Below are positions 1 to 12,852 of a stretch of 64,000 bases of DNA, piece by piece; position 1 is the stretch's first letter, and every line of letters begins with the position of its first letter. The notes under the pieces were generated by a model that saw only the letters and a program-made list of their open reading frames with translations, was not told the origin of the DNA and did no database searches. The stretch comes from Octopus vulgaris (taxonomy: Eukaryota): positions 69,564,001 to 69,628,000 of the forward strand of contig OX597818.1 of NCBI GenBank assembly GCA_951406725.2. The letters run 5' to 3'. The position numbers and the translations under genes were made by a program.

Positions 1-199
1 GTTTGGTCTGTAGGTTCAGTTCGATTCGAACCTTGTGAATGCAATTAGTTTGAAAGAATTTGAGATCTATTTATGTATGTGTGTACATGTGCATGTATGT
101 GCACATATATGTATGTACACATGTATGTACGTATGCTTGTATTTGTATGTGTGTGTATGCATATACTTACTCATATTCGAGCTATTCGTTGAGAGAAGC

Positions 200-660
200 T
201 TCTGCTGAGGGAGTCAAAACAACAACAAAGTCGATACAGCTCACAGAATTAATTCTTGGAATCCTCGGTTTCCAAATGCCATTGCCTTTCTATTTGCTAC
301 ATCGGCACCATCCAATGGTACTTTATTGAACGCTACATTTCTGGGGAAAACAGTATTGTAAATACTTGAAAATTGTTTTCCCCAAAGCTGCCAGGAACAT
401 TATCCATTTTGTATTTTGCAGGAAATATGCAACCAGTGTTGCAAAAACGATATTAGAATCAAGTTTAAGAAACCTTTCAAAGCTAGGATACCATACTTTA
501 TATGTCTCGCAGCAGCACCTGCCTCACTTGGCCCTGCCCTATTTCAAAATATCCCAAACCAAACGTAGAAACAAAATAAGCTCATAACTTACAAACAGTA
601 TCTCAACAAATTATTCAATGGAAAACAAACTGCCATCAGCTGGATATGTTTTAGCCCCAA
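200..660 (+). mobile_element. Possible decayed CR1/L2-type LINE ORF2 3' end
   Basis: Broken translations (e.g. NLSKLGYHTLYVSQQ, ...ATFWG) weakly resemble the L..LGL.TL..RR and YASPVW motifs downstream of CR1-group RTs; many stops and frameshifts. Confidence 0.25.
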
Positions 661-771
661 TTAACCCTCTACTAAAGTTTGGGATGACCTGCCAGAAACT
701 TAATTCATTTCATCTAAATTTATACGTGTATATACACATACAGATGTATTTATACATATGCATGTATTTCC

Positions 772-978
772 TTTTCTACTCTAGGCACAAGGCACGAAAT
801 TTTGGAGGAGGAAATCAGTTGATTGACCCCAGTACGCAACTGGTACTTAATTTTTTGACCCTGAAAGGATGAAAAGGCAGAGTCGACCTCGGCGGAATTT
901 GAACTCAGTACATAAAGACAGACGAAATATGGCAAAGCATTTTGCCTGGCATGCTAACGTTTCTGCCAGCTCACCACC
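772..978 (-). mobile_element. tRNA-type SINE, family A
   Basis: Reverse complement matches the copy at 1871-2100 (head GGCGGCGAGCTGGCAGAA, B-box-like GAGTTCAAATTCC, body GAGGTCGACTTTGCCTTTCATCC). Confidence 0.85.
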
Positions 979-1048
979 TTAGATACATTTATACATATAC
1001 AGATATATTATACATACATACATATATACAAACACAGTCAGATACAAA

Positions 1049-1141
1049 TACGACGGGGTGCTGAAAAGTTCTTGTCTGCGGGTGAAAGAAAATACAGGAA
1101 GATCGTTTAATTATGATTTTATTCAACATATTCCCCCCTCA
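1049..1141. mobile_element. Mariner-type terminal fragment
   Basis: Starts TA-CGACGGGGTGCTGAAAAGTTC, resembling the TACGAGGG-type mariner TIR start; no partner end seen. Confidence 0.45.
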
Positions 1142-1258
1142 TTTACCTTTCTCATTTACCTGCTTTTGTGTGTGAGCAGTTGTCTATATTTATATACATG
1201 TGTGTGTGTGTGGTGAAACATCTGTAGGTTGTAGAGCAGTATATATAAATCTAACATT

Positions 1259-1307
<49 letters not shown>

Positions 1308-1393
1308 GCATATATACTACATAGGTATACATATATATATATAGTATATATTATAGTTAGATGATATAAACTATATATATATATATATATAAC

Positions 1394-1454
<61 letters not shown>

Positions 1455-1471
1455 TACACATATATACATAG

Positions 1472-1870
<399 letters not shown>

Positions 1871-2100
1871 GCGGCGAGCTGGCAGAATCGTTAGCACACC
1901 GGGCGAAATGCTTAGCAGTATGTCGTCTGCCGTTACATTCTGAGTTCAAATTCCACCGAGGTCGACTTTGCCTTTCATTGTTTCGGGGTCAATAAACTAA
2001 GTACCAGTTACGCACTGGAGCCGATGTAATCGACTTAATCTGTTTGTCTGTCCTTGTTTGTCCTCTCTGTGTTTAGCCCCTTGTGGGTAATAAAGAAACA
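1871..2100 (+). mobile_element. tRNA-type SINE, family A (near full length)
   Basis: A-box-like GAGCTGGCAGAATCGTT, B-box-like GAGTTCAAATTCC, tail TAATAAAGAAA; about ten related copies in the window. Confidence 0.88.
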
Positions 2101-3021
2101 GATATATACACACACACAAGGTAATTCCACTAGTATTCACCTCTCCTATCAGTCGTCTCCTCTTAACTGTCAAAAAGTTATTGCCGTATGGTTGCTAGAA
2201 TTTATCTTATTTCTATTTTTGTTATTTATGTTGAAATGGTGTAGAAGGCAATATGCAGTGTCATCCCACTTATGACATAGTCTTCTCCCACAACACCTTT
2301 TATTTACTGGTTTATTTTTTCTTTCATTTTACGTCTACCCCTGTAACAGTCTTAGCTTGCCCTTGGTTTTAAATATAACTGACCAATTGTTGAGTTGGCT
2401 GGACTTTGGTCAATTCCATTACAGACAACAGGAGATTGGTCTCTAGAATATTTCAGTAAGTACACCATCAGAAACTTTACGGGCTTGTTTTTGGATAGAT
2501 ATCAATTAGCTCTGTTCACGAAATCATTAGCACTATATTTTTTTCTAGACGTATTGGTGATTACTGTTTACTTCAGCACTAGTTTTAATTTCGCTATCAT
2601 TCAAACACCCTGGCACCCCTATACAAAGAGATAATGCACAAATTATTTCTCTACTTTATTTGCTAGTTTACTCTTTTACCTATTGACTTTAAGCTTCACA
2701 CGGCCAAATGGTAATGATTCTAATATAGTGAGCCTTCTGGCCTCATCTTGAGGCCCTGTTCAGTCGTCTTCCCGCTTCCCTTCTTTGATTCTGTGTATTT
2801 GCATTCACTCTGATGAAGCCCCATGTACTAGATTGAATGTGCTATAAAGATGATGAATATTATTTTCGGGATTTTCTTTGTAGGCACCGACTGACATTGG
2901 AAGCCGAAACAGCCAAAAGAAATGTTACGTTATGTTTTGTATTAAAAAATAATTAACTGATGTTGGTCAATTTGTTTGTTTGTTGATCAAAATTGTTCTC
3001 TATTTTCTACTTATTATATAT

Positions 3022-3178
3022 ACCTCCCCGTCACTTAGCGGTTCAGCAAAAAAGACCGATAGAATAAGTACTGGGCTTACAAAACATAAGTCCCGGTGTT
3101 TATTTGCTTGACTAAAGGCGGTGCTCCAGCATGGCCGCAACCAAATGACTGAAACAAGTAAAAGAGTAAAGAGAGAGT
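3022..3178 (+). mobile_element. SINE family B, 3' part
   Basis: Near-identical to 16965-17112; ends AAACAAGTAAAAGAGTAAAGAG. Confidence 0.85.
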
Positions 3179-3264
3179 ATGTAATATGTAAATATATGCA
3201 TAAATATATGCATAGAGATGCATATATATACATGACTGTATATTATTATAATCAATGTCTCGTT

Positions 3265-3480
3265 AAGGCAGTGAGCTGGCAGACCCATCAGGATGCTGGG
3301 CAAAATGGTTATCAGCATTTTGTTCATCTTCAAGTTCTGGGTTCACTTTCCCAGCAGTTGACTTTGCCTTTCATCCTTTTAGGGTCAATAAAATAACTAC
3401 CAGTCATGTACTGGGGTTGATGCATTCGACTCCCCCCCCCCCCAATATTTCTGGCCTTGAGCCAAAATTTGAAACCAATA
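3265..3480 (+). mobile_element. SINE family A, diverged
   Basis: GGCAGTGAGCTGGCAGA head and TTGACTTTGCCTTTCATCC body. Confidence 0.75.
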
Positions 3481-3540
3481 TTGATTGTTTTCTTCTGCTG
3501 GAAAATCATTGTCCATCATGAGCTTTCAATGATTTCCCAT

Positions 3541-3779
3541 TTGTTTAATCACATGTGGCACCTAATTGATTTGTTTAATCCCATGTGGCACCTAATTGGT
3601 TTTTCTAATCACATGTGGCACCCAATTGATTTGTTTAATCCCATGTTGCACCTAATTGATTTTTTTAATCACATGTGGCACTTAATTGATTTGTTTAATC
3701 CCATGTGGCACCTAATTGATTTCTTTAATCACGTGTGACACCTAATTGATTTGTTTAATCACATGAGGTACCTAATTAA
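3541..3779. repeat. 30-bp minisatellite, 8 copies, with 60-bp higher-order alternation
   Basis: Unit TTGTTTAATCACATGTGGCACCTAATTGAT; ACATG and CCATG variants alternate. Confidence 0.95.
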
Positions 3780-3874
3780 TATATTAATGTGGAAATGGCA
3801 GAGTATTCCAGACACACTTTTACCTTTAATGCGATTTTCAGACAGAATCCTCACGACACAGCATCATATGAGGC

Positions 3875-4060
3875 TGGTCCTTTTCAGTAAAATCTATTTA
3901 AGGTTCTTCCACACAGTTTACTCCAATGCAGTCTCTGCAAGGCTTTAGGGACCCAAGACTATAATAAAAGACCCTTTTTTCATGCTGTTACCCAGTTGGA
4001 TTGAACTTGAGATCTCATGTCTGCAAAGGAAATTCTTTAACCATTTGGACATGCCTGCAT
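3875..4060 (-). mobile_element. SINE family B head, diverged
   Basis: Resembles the reverse complement of 16719-16880 (CAAGGCTTT..GACTATAATAAAAGAC..GGATTGAAC). Confidence 0.55.
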
Positions 4061-4084
4061 CCATTTATAAAATACATATGTGCA

Positions 4085-4118
<34 letters not shown>

Positions 4119-4984
4119 ATGTGTGTGTGTGCCTTCATCATGGGGCATCGTAAGATGGTTGTAAATAAACATCAAAACCATACAAGTGATGTTTCTCATT
4201 TCTTGTGGTCTTTTGTAAGAAAACACTTGCCTTGCTTTGGGACACAAAAATGGTTTTTAATTTTTAATGATCTCAATGACTGGATTTGGACAAACTGGGA
4301 TTAAGCCCCACCACACACCTACATACATACACCGTAATAATCCGTGGACTTTCTCTGTCTCAGTAATAAATATTGCCAGCTTATTCATGTCATATAAATA
4401 GTAAATTAGTGTAATACCCTTATTACACTGATACTAACAGGAACAATGGTCTTCATAATTACATCACTGTTACATTCAAATAGTGATAATGCACTTCATA
4501 ACGTGTGTGGGTGGGGTGGGGGAGTAATTCCCATTTAACATTAAAAACCAATTTTAAAAAAGACAATACAAATATCTTTCTTGTAAGATGAACTTGTTAA
4601 TTTACGAGAGAAAAAATAAACGAGTAAACATCAATAATTGAATTTATTTCTCTCAAGAAAAGAAACGGACATCTTTGTGGATGCACATATTTTCTTCTTA
4701 TATTTACCAATATTATTCTTTCTTTTGATCAAATAATGAAGTTTGTAAAACAATGAAAATCATTTCAATTGAAGAATATTTATTTACATAAATTTTAATT
4801 TATTGTACAAAAATCAACCAATTTATATAAATTTATAATCATTTAACAAAAACCAACAACAATATTGTTCTGTTTATACTAATAATTTCTTTAAATTCAT
4901 TTAGATTATGGATAAATTTGTAACAAAATATAAAAGAAAATTAAAAGTCCATTACTGCTGTAGTAATATTAAATACCATCGAAC

Positions 4985-5265
4985 TTAAACAAATGTTCTT
5001 GTCAGAATTATACTCCAAGAAAGACTCTACCGCTGCTCCAGGATCTTCATCTAAATTTAACAAGTTACCTAGTTATCCAATTTTCAATCTGAAAAATAAA
5101 AACTGGATAATCATTCAAAAAATGGTTAGAATATTCAATTATTAGAGATGCCACTTTCTGTTTCTTTGAAGAGATTTTAATTGTGAATGTTCAAACGAAA
5201 GTGTTTATGCAATTAATTGGTTACCTTGATTGGAATCATGCAAAAGATTCATTAAATAGAGATGT
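4985..5265 (+). mobile_element. hAT transposase remnant: TTF-type zinc finger
   Basis: Translates KWLEYSIIRDATFCF ... GYLDWNHAKDSLNR, matching the WLEYS..KD.AFCF.C ... GF.NWK.A motif of ZnF_TTF/ZMYM1-like hAT transposases; frameshifted. Confidence 0.7.
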
Positions 5266-7562
5266 CCCACCACATGAAGTAAACTCAGGTAGATTATAGC
5301 CATACCTGCCCACAACATGAAGCAAACTCAGGTAGATTATAGCCATACCTGCCTACAACATGAAGCAAACTCAGGTAGACTATAGCCATATCTGCCTATA
5401 ACATGAAGCAAACTCAGGTAGATTATAGCCATACCTGCCTACAACATGAAGCAAACTCAGGTAGATTATAGCCATATCTGCCTACAACATGAAGCAAACT
5501 CATGTAGATTATAGCCATATCTGCCTACAACATGAAGCAAACTCAGGTAGATTATAGCCATACCTGCCTACAACATGAAGCAAACTCAGGTAGATTATAG
5601 CCATATCTGCCTACAACATGAAGCAAACTCAGGTAGACTATAGCCATACCTGCCTACAACATGAAGCAAACTCAGGTAGATTATAGCCATATCTGCCTAC
5701 AACATGAAGCAAACTCAGGTAGATTATAGCCATACCTGCCTACAACATGAAGCAAACTCAGGTAGATTATAGCCATACCTGCCTACAACATGAAGCAAAC
5801 TCAGGTAGATTATAGCCATATCTGCCTACAACATGAAGCAAACTCAGGTAGATTATAGCCATATCTGCCTACAACATGAAGCAAACTCAGGTAGATTATA
5901 GCCATACCTGCCTACAACATGAAGCAAACTCAGGTAGATTATAGCCATATCTGCCTACAACATGAAGCAAACTCAGGTAGATTATAGCCATATCTGCCTA
6001 CAACATGAAGCAAACTCAGGTATATTATAGCCATATCTGCCTACAACATGAAGCAAACTCAGGTAGATTATAGCCATACCTGCCTACAACATGAAGCAAA
6101 CTCAGGTAGATTATAGCCATATCTGCCTACAACATGAAGCAAACTCAGGTAGACTATAGCCATACCTGCCTATAACATGAAGCAAACTCAGGTATATTAT
6201 AGCCATATCTGCCTACAACATGAAGCAAACTCAGGTAGATTATAGCCATACCTGCCTATAACATGAAGCAAACTCAGGTATATTATAGCCATATCTGCCT
6301 ACAACATGAAGCAAACTCAGGTAGATTATAGCCATATCTGCCTACAACATGAAGCAAACTCAGGTATATTATAGCCACATCTGCCTACAACATGAAGCAA
6401 ACTCAGGTAGATTATAGCCATACCTGCCTACAACATGAAGCAAACTCAGGTAGATTATAGCCATACCTGCCTACAACATGAAGCAAACTCAGGTAGATTA
6501 TAGCCATACCTGCCTACAACATGAAGCAAACTCAGGTAGATTATAGCCATACCTGCCTACAACATGAAGCAAACTCAGGTAGATTATAGCCATACCTGCC
6601 TACAACATGAAGCAAACTCAGGTAGATTATAGCCATACCTGCCTACAACATGAAGCAAACTCAGGTAGATTATAGCCATACCTGCCTACAACATGAAGCA
6701 AACTCAGGTAGATTATAGCCATACCTGCCTACAACATGAAGCAAACTCAGGTAGATTATAGCCATACCTGCCTACAACATGAAGCAAACTCAGGTAGATT
6801 ATAGCCATACCTGCCTACAACATGAAGCAAACTCAGGTAGATTATAGCCATACCTGCCTACAACATGAAGCAAACTCAGGTAGATTATAGCCATACCTGC
6901 CTACAACATGAAGCAAACTCAGGTAGATTATAGCCATACCTGCCTACAACATGAAGCAAACTCAGGTAGATTATAGCCATACCTGCCTACAACATGAAGC
7001 AAACTCAGGTAGATTATAGCCATACCTGCCTACAACATGAAGCAAACTCAGGTAGATTATAGCCATACCTGCCTACAACATGAAGCAAACTCAGGTAGAT
7101 TATAGCCATACCTGCCTACAACATGAAGCAAACTCAGGTAGATTATAGCCATACCTGCCTACAACATGAAGCAAACTCAGGTAGATTATAGCCATACCTG
7201 CCTACAACATGAAGCAAACTCAGGTAGATTATAGCCATACCTGCCTACAACATGAAGCAAACTCAGGTAGATTATAGCCATACCTGCCTACAACATGAAG
7301 CAAACTCAGGTAGATTATAGCCATACCTGCCTACAACATGAAGCAAACTCAGGTAGATTATAGCCATACCTGCCTACAACATGAAGCAAACTCAGGTAGA
7401 TTATAGCCATACCTGCCTACAACATGAAGCAAACTCAGGTAGATTATAGCCATACCTGCCTACAACATGAAGCAAACTCAGGTAGACTATAGCCATATCT
7501 GCCTATAACATGAAGCAAACTCATGTAGATTATAGCCACGTCTGTCTACAACATGAAGCAAA
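5266..7562. repeat. 43-bp tandem satellite, about 53 copies
   Basis: Unit ACAACATGAAGCAAACTCAGGTAGATTATAGCCATACCTGCCT; 43-bp period checked (5281, 5324); no spacers. Confidence 0.98.
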
Positions 7563-7699
7563 CACTAGTCCTATTGGAAGCATGTTTTGCCATGACCTGA
7601 AGCAAGCTCAAGATAGCCATTGTCTGTCTACAGGATGAAGTAGTCTCCAGGTTATTGTGCTTGTTACCATTTCAGAAAAGTTTGAGATGTATGCAAAAT

Positions 7700-8454
7700 G
7701 ACTAATGATGGCAGTTTTTCTGGCAGCACACCAGACCATCACTTTGGGGCTGCACAGTGGCCTTTCGTGCAATTCTCTTGGATTTTCAAGAGCCCAATAA
7801 TGACAGTTCTGTTGATTCACCAAGCCATTGAGATGAAAATGAGCTTCATCACTCATTTACAAAATGAGGTTGTCATTTGCCTAAAAAATTGTTTCCATCT
7901 AACATGCAAAGTTAAGCCACTGTGCATGGTCCCATGGTTTCAACTGTTGCCTAATGACCAACTTGTACAGGTAGAAATGCAGGTCTTCATGCAAAATACA
8001 CCTTACTGATCAATTACTGATGCCGAGTTCAGTGGAATGTCTCCTAGCAGAGCAATTCGGACTCCATATCAAAGCTTGTCTGATGCGTTCCACATTTTCT
8101 GGGGTCCGTACCATTCATGATGCCCCACCAGTTTCCTATTCCTTAGTGTACCTCGTGTATGAAGTGTATTCCCCCAATGTAAGATTGTGTTATGGATGGG
8201 AGCAGTCTGATTTTGGTGAATATTGAAGTGGCACTGAAACTCATCATGAACTGCTGTAACAGACTCGTTATTCTTCACATAACTGTTGTAGGCAAACATG
8301 CAATGCTCTATCATCCACATCGCCATGGCTTCACCTGAAAAGAAAAAAATAATAAGACACCACTGACCAAATGGTACCTGTCAGACATATGTCCCTCTCT
8401 CTGGCACTGAGTAATGGCCATTTCAAAAACGTCAGTCCTCTCTGCCCCACCTTG
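7700..8454 (-). mobile_element. Tc1/mariner superfamily transposon, 3'-truncated (DUF4817-type HTH plus first catalytic D)
   Basis: ORF pieces YVKNNESVTAVHDEFQCHFNI...TILHW and MSDEAHFHLNGLVNQQNCHYWALENPRELHERPLCSPKVMVWCA; terminus TA|CAAGGTGGGGCAGA at 8454-8456. Confidence 0.88.
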
Positions 8455-8709
8455 TATTTATATAAATCACAGTTTAGTGCTTCTAATCTATATATTTTAG
8501 ATGTGTTTTCAAACAGCATGAATGAATCTCGAAACATATTACTTCCATATCGTTCCAGATGATGAAACAAAGTCTGACATCTCTACAGACTGAACCAAGA
8601 TCTAGATATATTGTAGACATTTTCCCCACAATATGAACCAAGTTGTAGTCATATTACAATCAACACTTTTCACCGCATGAAATAAATTGAAGCCATACAG
8701 TAGCCATAT

Positions 8710-9780
8710 GTATTTGAAGAGAAAATGTGAATCAGAGTTCTTCTTATCTGCAGATATCCTCATTCCTAGTAAAAACCAGTCTTGAAAAAGAAGGATACTA
8801 TTTTACAACAATTGTGTATCAAATGAATTGTCCTTTTAAGGAAATTATGATGGTATTGTGAGAAAAGAGCAGGGTCTCTTTCCACAGGAAAAAAGGAACA
8901 AAACATTTTGATAAAACTTCATACTGTTCTCCAGGAATCTGAAATTTTGATGACTGACAATGGTTAAGAACAAAGGTTAAAGATTGTGTAGCAACAGATG
9001 CAAAATGAGCAAGTTTTTGGTATTTTGCACGGCTTAAAATGGAACCAGAGACAAAAGAAAGACTGAGAACATTTCCATTACTATCGATTATGTAAAAGAT
9101 GGCTCTGCATTTAGTTTCATACCGGATGTGTCACAGTTTCCATATGTCCAGTGAGATTCCACATGTTTTATAGGATCAGTTGTATGCCACATATCCAACA
9201 AAAAAGAAAACAACCAAAGAATTAATAACACTTAGTATAAGACTTTCTACAATAATTCCTAGAGTTGTGTAAATGCTATGAATGATGTCATTGCTGGATT
9301 GCAAACAAAAATTCAAGAAAAACTCCTAGAAAAGTGCCATATTGGCATCTTTTTTTTAATGACCAATTATATTTGGTGATTATTGATTCAATCAAAAATA
9401 TAACGAACTTGAAACAAAGGAAAACAATATTTCTGATGACCAAACAACTGCTGCTCTGCACAAAAGATTGAGTATAAAAGAGGTTTTTGATCAGTTTTAG
9501 CCAGGACAAAGAGAAAGCAATCAAGACCGTCTTACCTGAATATAATGGAATAATTGTTACTCTAATGAGCACTAGTGGCAACGGTGCTAAGTGATTGCAC
9601 CAAATGTCCATCAGTGGAAGAAGATCATTTTCATACTGCATCATTTTTACTGTTTGTGCACCTGATGATCACACACACACACACACACACACACATGCGT
9701 GCGCACGAGCAGTATTTATTTTCATAAACTCATTGAAAGTGATGTCATCAAATGATTGAGCTTATTCCTTCATTCTCATC
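8710..9780 (+). mobile_element. Probable continuation of the decayed hAT transposase (DUF4371-like region)
   Basis: Weak motif remnants collinear with the TTF finger upstream (GLF, FSFIPDVSQ resembling FSIIADETTD); heavily degenerate. Confidence 0.35.
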
Positions 9781-9939
9781 ATCATTTCTTCCTTCCGACA
9801 GTTATTGTAGAATATATTTTTGGTTTTTCTTGCATTTGTATTCTGTGACAACAACAAAAATGGTGAAGCAGATGAGATTTGTCTTCAAAAAAGTAATGAT
9901 AAAATTATTTTTTAAATATCTTCAAAGAATTTTATTGTG

Positions 9940-11090
9940 ATATTCCAATGGTGGAAGAAATGTCTGGTCAAATATGTTTAGGTTACTTTATGAAGAAAGG
10001 TAAGTTTTATATATTTTGCCCTGGAAGGATTGTCAGGAAGATTTTTGTGATTTCAATGGAAGCTTATTCTAATCTAAACACAATTTCCAATGAAAAGATA
10101 AAATTAATTTTATTTTTTATTAATAGAACTGATGACAAAATGTTTGAATTTTCCAGTTCTTTGATGATGCCTAAAGGTGAATATATTTTTTCAATTCATG
10201 GGAAAATTGATGACACATTTTGATTGGGGTAGGAATGCTGTGATATTGAGATAAAATTTTTATAGTTAATTCAAAAGAATGGAATAAGTAATGCTAGTTT
10301 TGTGGCAGAAAGAAAAATTGGTTGACTGTGACTTTAGAAGAATATAGATTATAAGATTAGCGGCAGATTAGCGACAGATTAGAGAAAGATTGATCATGAG
10401 TACAGGGTTGGAAAATGAGCAACGTGTAATTCTAAACAAAAGAGAATCAGTTTTAGAAAAAACAATGGAAATTATTATGGCAGTCGAGATAGGGTCATTG
10501 AAATTTTTTGTATTTAGTGGGAGAAAAATCAAGGACAGAAGAATTTAGTGTTTTGAAATTTTGCAAAGAAAGAATAAGAAACTAAAGAGGAATCAAAAAC
10601 AAAATTTAATGCAAAAGCAAAACCAAAAATTATGCTTGTAAGAATTATCTAAGGTAAAAAATATCAAGAATGCAATTTTTGGCCATAAAAAAGGTCCCTT
10701 TTGCAAGGATTGCAAATTCCCATTAAAAGAAAATAAGGGCAAATTATATTAGAAAACTCACAAAAAAATTCTAAAAGAGAGAGAAATTGGGCAAATATCT
10801 GGTTTTGAGAAATATTACATTAATTTCAATAAATATAAGGAAGAATATCCATTAAAATTTATTTGAAAGTCAATAAACAACAGATTTTGAATGCAATATT
10901 GGAAGAGGTGTGTCTATTGATAGAACCAGAAAATATAAGTAAGCCTGAGCAGAAATTTATCAAAATTTGGTTTCTTGCTCATGGATAAAAATGATTTCAA
11001 GATAACTCAAACTGAGATTGTTTACCATTTATGGATTAGATTAGTAACTTTGGAATTGACAGAATTCCATTGTCTCAAACCAGAGATAAC
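9940..11090 (+). mobile_element. Highly decayed L1/Tx1-like LINE ORF2
   Basis: A-rich coding-like strand with remnants GWKMSN (cf. WK.N after the APE domain) and KFGF..WIKMI (cf. RT region). Confidence 0.4.
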
Positions 11091-11549
11091 TGTGGAACTA
11101 AATACGAATACAAAAAGGAGAAATTAGGTGTAATTGATTATCAATTGCCAAAAGATTTGTGTTATTCTGATTGGTTCTTCATATTGATTTCACAATCCAT
11201 GTCTGAGAACTGCCCCATTCCACTTGGAGGTGCATCACAAACAGCAACCAAAGGCCCTGTTTCATTTAATAAAATAACCTTGTTTTCTAAGGTAACAATT
11301 TCTCCCACAAATTGATAGCCCCATTACATTCAACAAACCAGTTCAAAATTTTAACATTTAATTGGTCCCAAATCATCAAAAAATTTTCAAAACTTTTCAA
11401 AGAATGAAAAGAGATGGAAACAGTTTGTTGGCATTTAAAATTGTTTTTGTCATCTTTTCTAACATCAAGCTCACATTTACTGCAACACTGCTGCAAAGAA
11501 TTCTTTGTTTAATTGCACCTGTAGATAAAGCAGTACAATGAATGGTACC

Positions 11550-11717
11550 AGCCTGGTTGTGGGATTAAAAAGCTTGCTTCCAGACCACAATGTTTCATGT
11601 TTGGTCCCACTGCATGGCACCTTGAGCATGTCTTCTTCAAGAACTTCTGCCAACCAAAGCCTTGTGAATGGATTTAGAAGACAATAACCAAAAGAAGCTC
11701 ATTGTGTGTGTGGTGTG

Positions 11718-11759
<42 letters not shown>

Positions 11760-11985
11760 TGAGTGCGTGCGTTCTTGCTTTGGTATCACCTGATAGTAGA
11801 AAATGAATGTCACATTCATACAAGCAGTGTCAGTTCTTCTGAGCTGCCATGAAAATATGTCTGGCCGTGGGGAAATATTCCCCTACTTGGAAACAGAGAG
11901 TTGGCAACAGGAAGGGCATCCGGCCTGAGACAAACCACCTCAACAAAATCTATTTGAATTATTCTAAGCACAGAAAAGTGCATGG
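11550..11985 (+). mobile_element. SINE with family-B head and RTE-like 3' tail
   Basis: Head CCACTGCATGGCACCTTGAGCA..CAAAGCCTTGTGAATGGATTT; 3' part GTTGGCAACAGGAAGGGCATCC followed by (GAT)n, as in RTE tails. Confidence 0.7.
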
Positions 11986-11990
11986 ATGAC

Positions 11991-12053
<63 letters not shown>

Positions 12054-12135
12054 GGTGGTGGTGGTGGTGGCGGTGGTGGTGGTGGTGGTGGTAATGATGA
12101 TGATGATGATGAGGAGGAGGAGGAGGAGGAGGAAG
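11985..12135. repeat. Compound (GAT)n(GGT)n(GAT)n(GAG)n microsatellite
   Basis: Read directly; explains the poly-D/G/E ORFs. Confidence 0.95.
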
Positions 12136-12339
12136 TGGATGATATACATATGGTAAACAACAGTTTATTTTTTAATCTGAGCAACTTTCCTGCCCACACC
12201 AACAGGGAGAGTAATGACTTTTGTAAATTACAAGGAAAGAATAAAACAATGTCAGTCATGGACAACGAATTTTTATCTTAGACTGGGGAGTGGGGAAGTG
12301 GTGATCATCTAAAACAGCAACAACAACAACAACAATGAA

Positions 12340-12812
12340 CAAAGATTGATGGAGTCACCCCATGATTCCTTATTGATCCTAGAACATCATGTAATTTAAT
12401 TGATAAAGCAACATTTAATAAAATCAAGGTAGGTATTATTATGGCCTGAGACAATTAGTCAATGAAGCAGAACCAAAGATATTTATCTATGGCTGACCTA
12501 CAGCCCTTTCTTTACTAAGGGGCCACTAAGGTCATACTTAAAATTGGTTCGATTCCCCATATTGATGAGATATTTCTTACTGAATCTATAACTGGCAGTT
12601 GTTTATTGGATCGGGAGACAGCTTCTTCGCTCATCTTGATTAAAATAAACTACATTAATAATCTCAGAATGGCAGGAGATGGTTCCATTGCTAAACTATT
12701 CCCTGAAGTATTCAAAGATATTGGTAAGGTGAAAGACTTAAAATCAACCGTAATATATATAAAACTGGTAGCAGAACCAATGAAGTGAATATTGTCTGAG
12801 TGCAAAGAAGGA

Positions 12813-12852
<40 letters not shown>

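Noticed and set aside
1871-1960. tRNA genes at SINE heads
   Set aside because: A/B boxes only; no full cloverleaf, and each continues into a SINE body.
5266-7562. CRISPR array
   Set aside because: Head-to-tail 43-bp units with no unique spacers, no cas genes, and a eukaryotic context.
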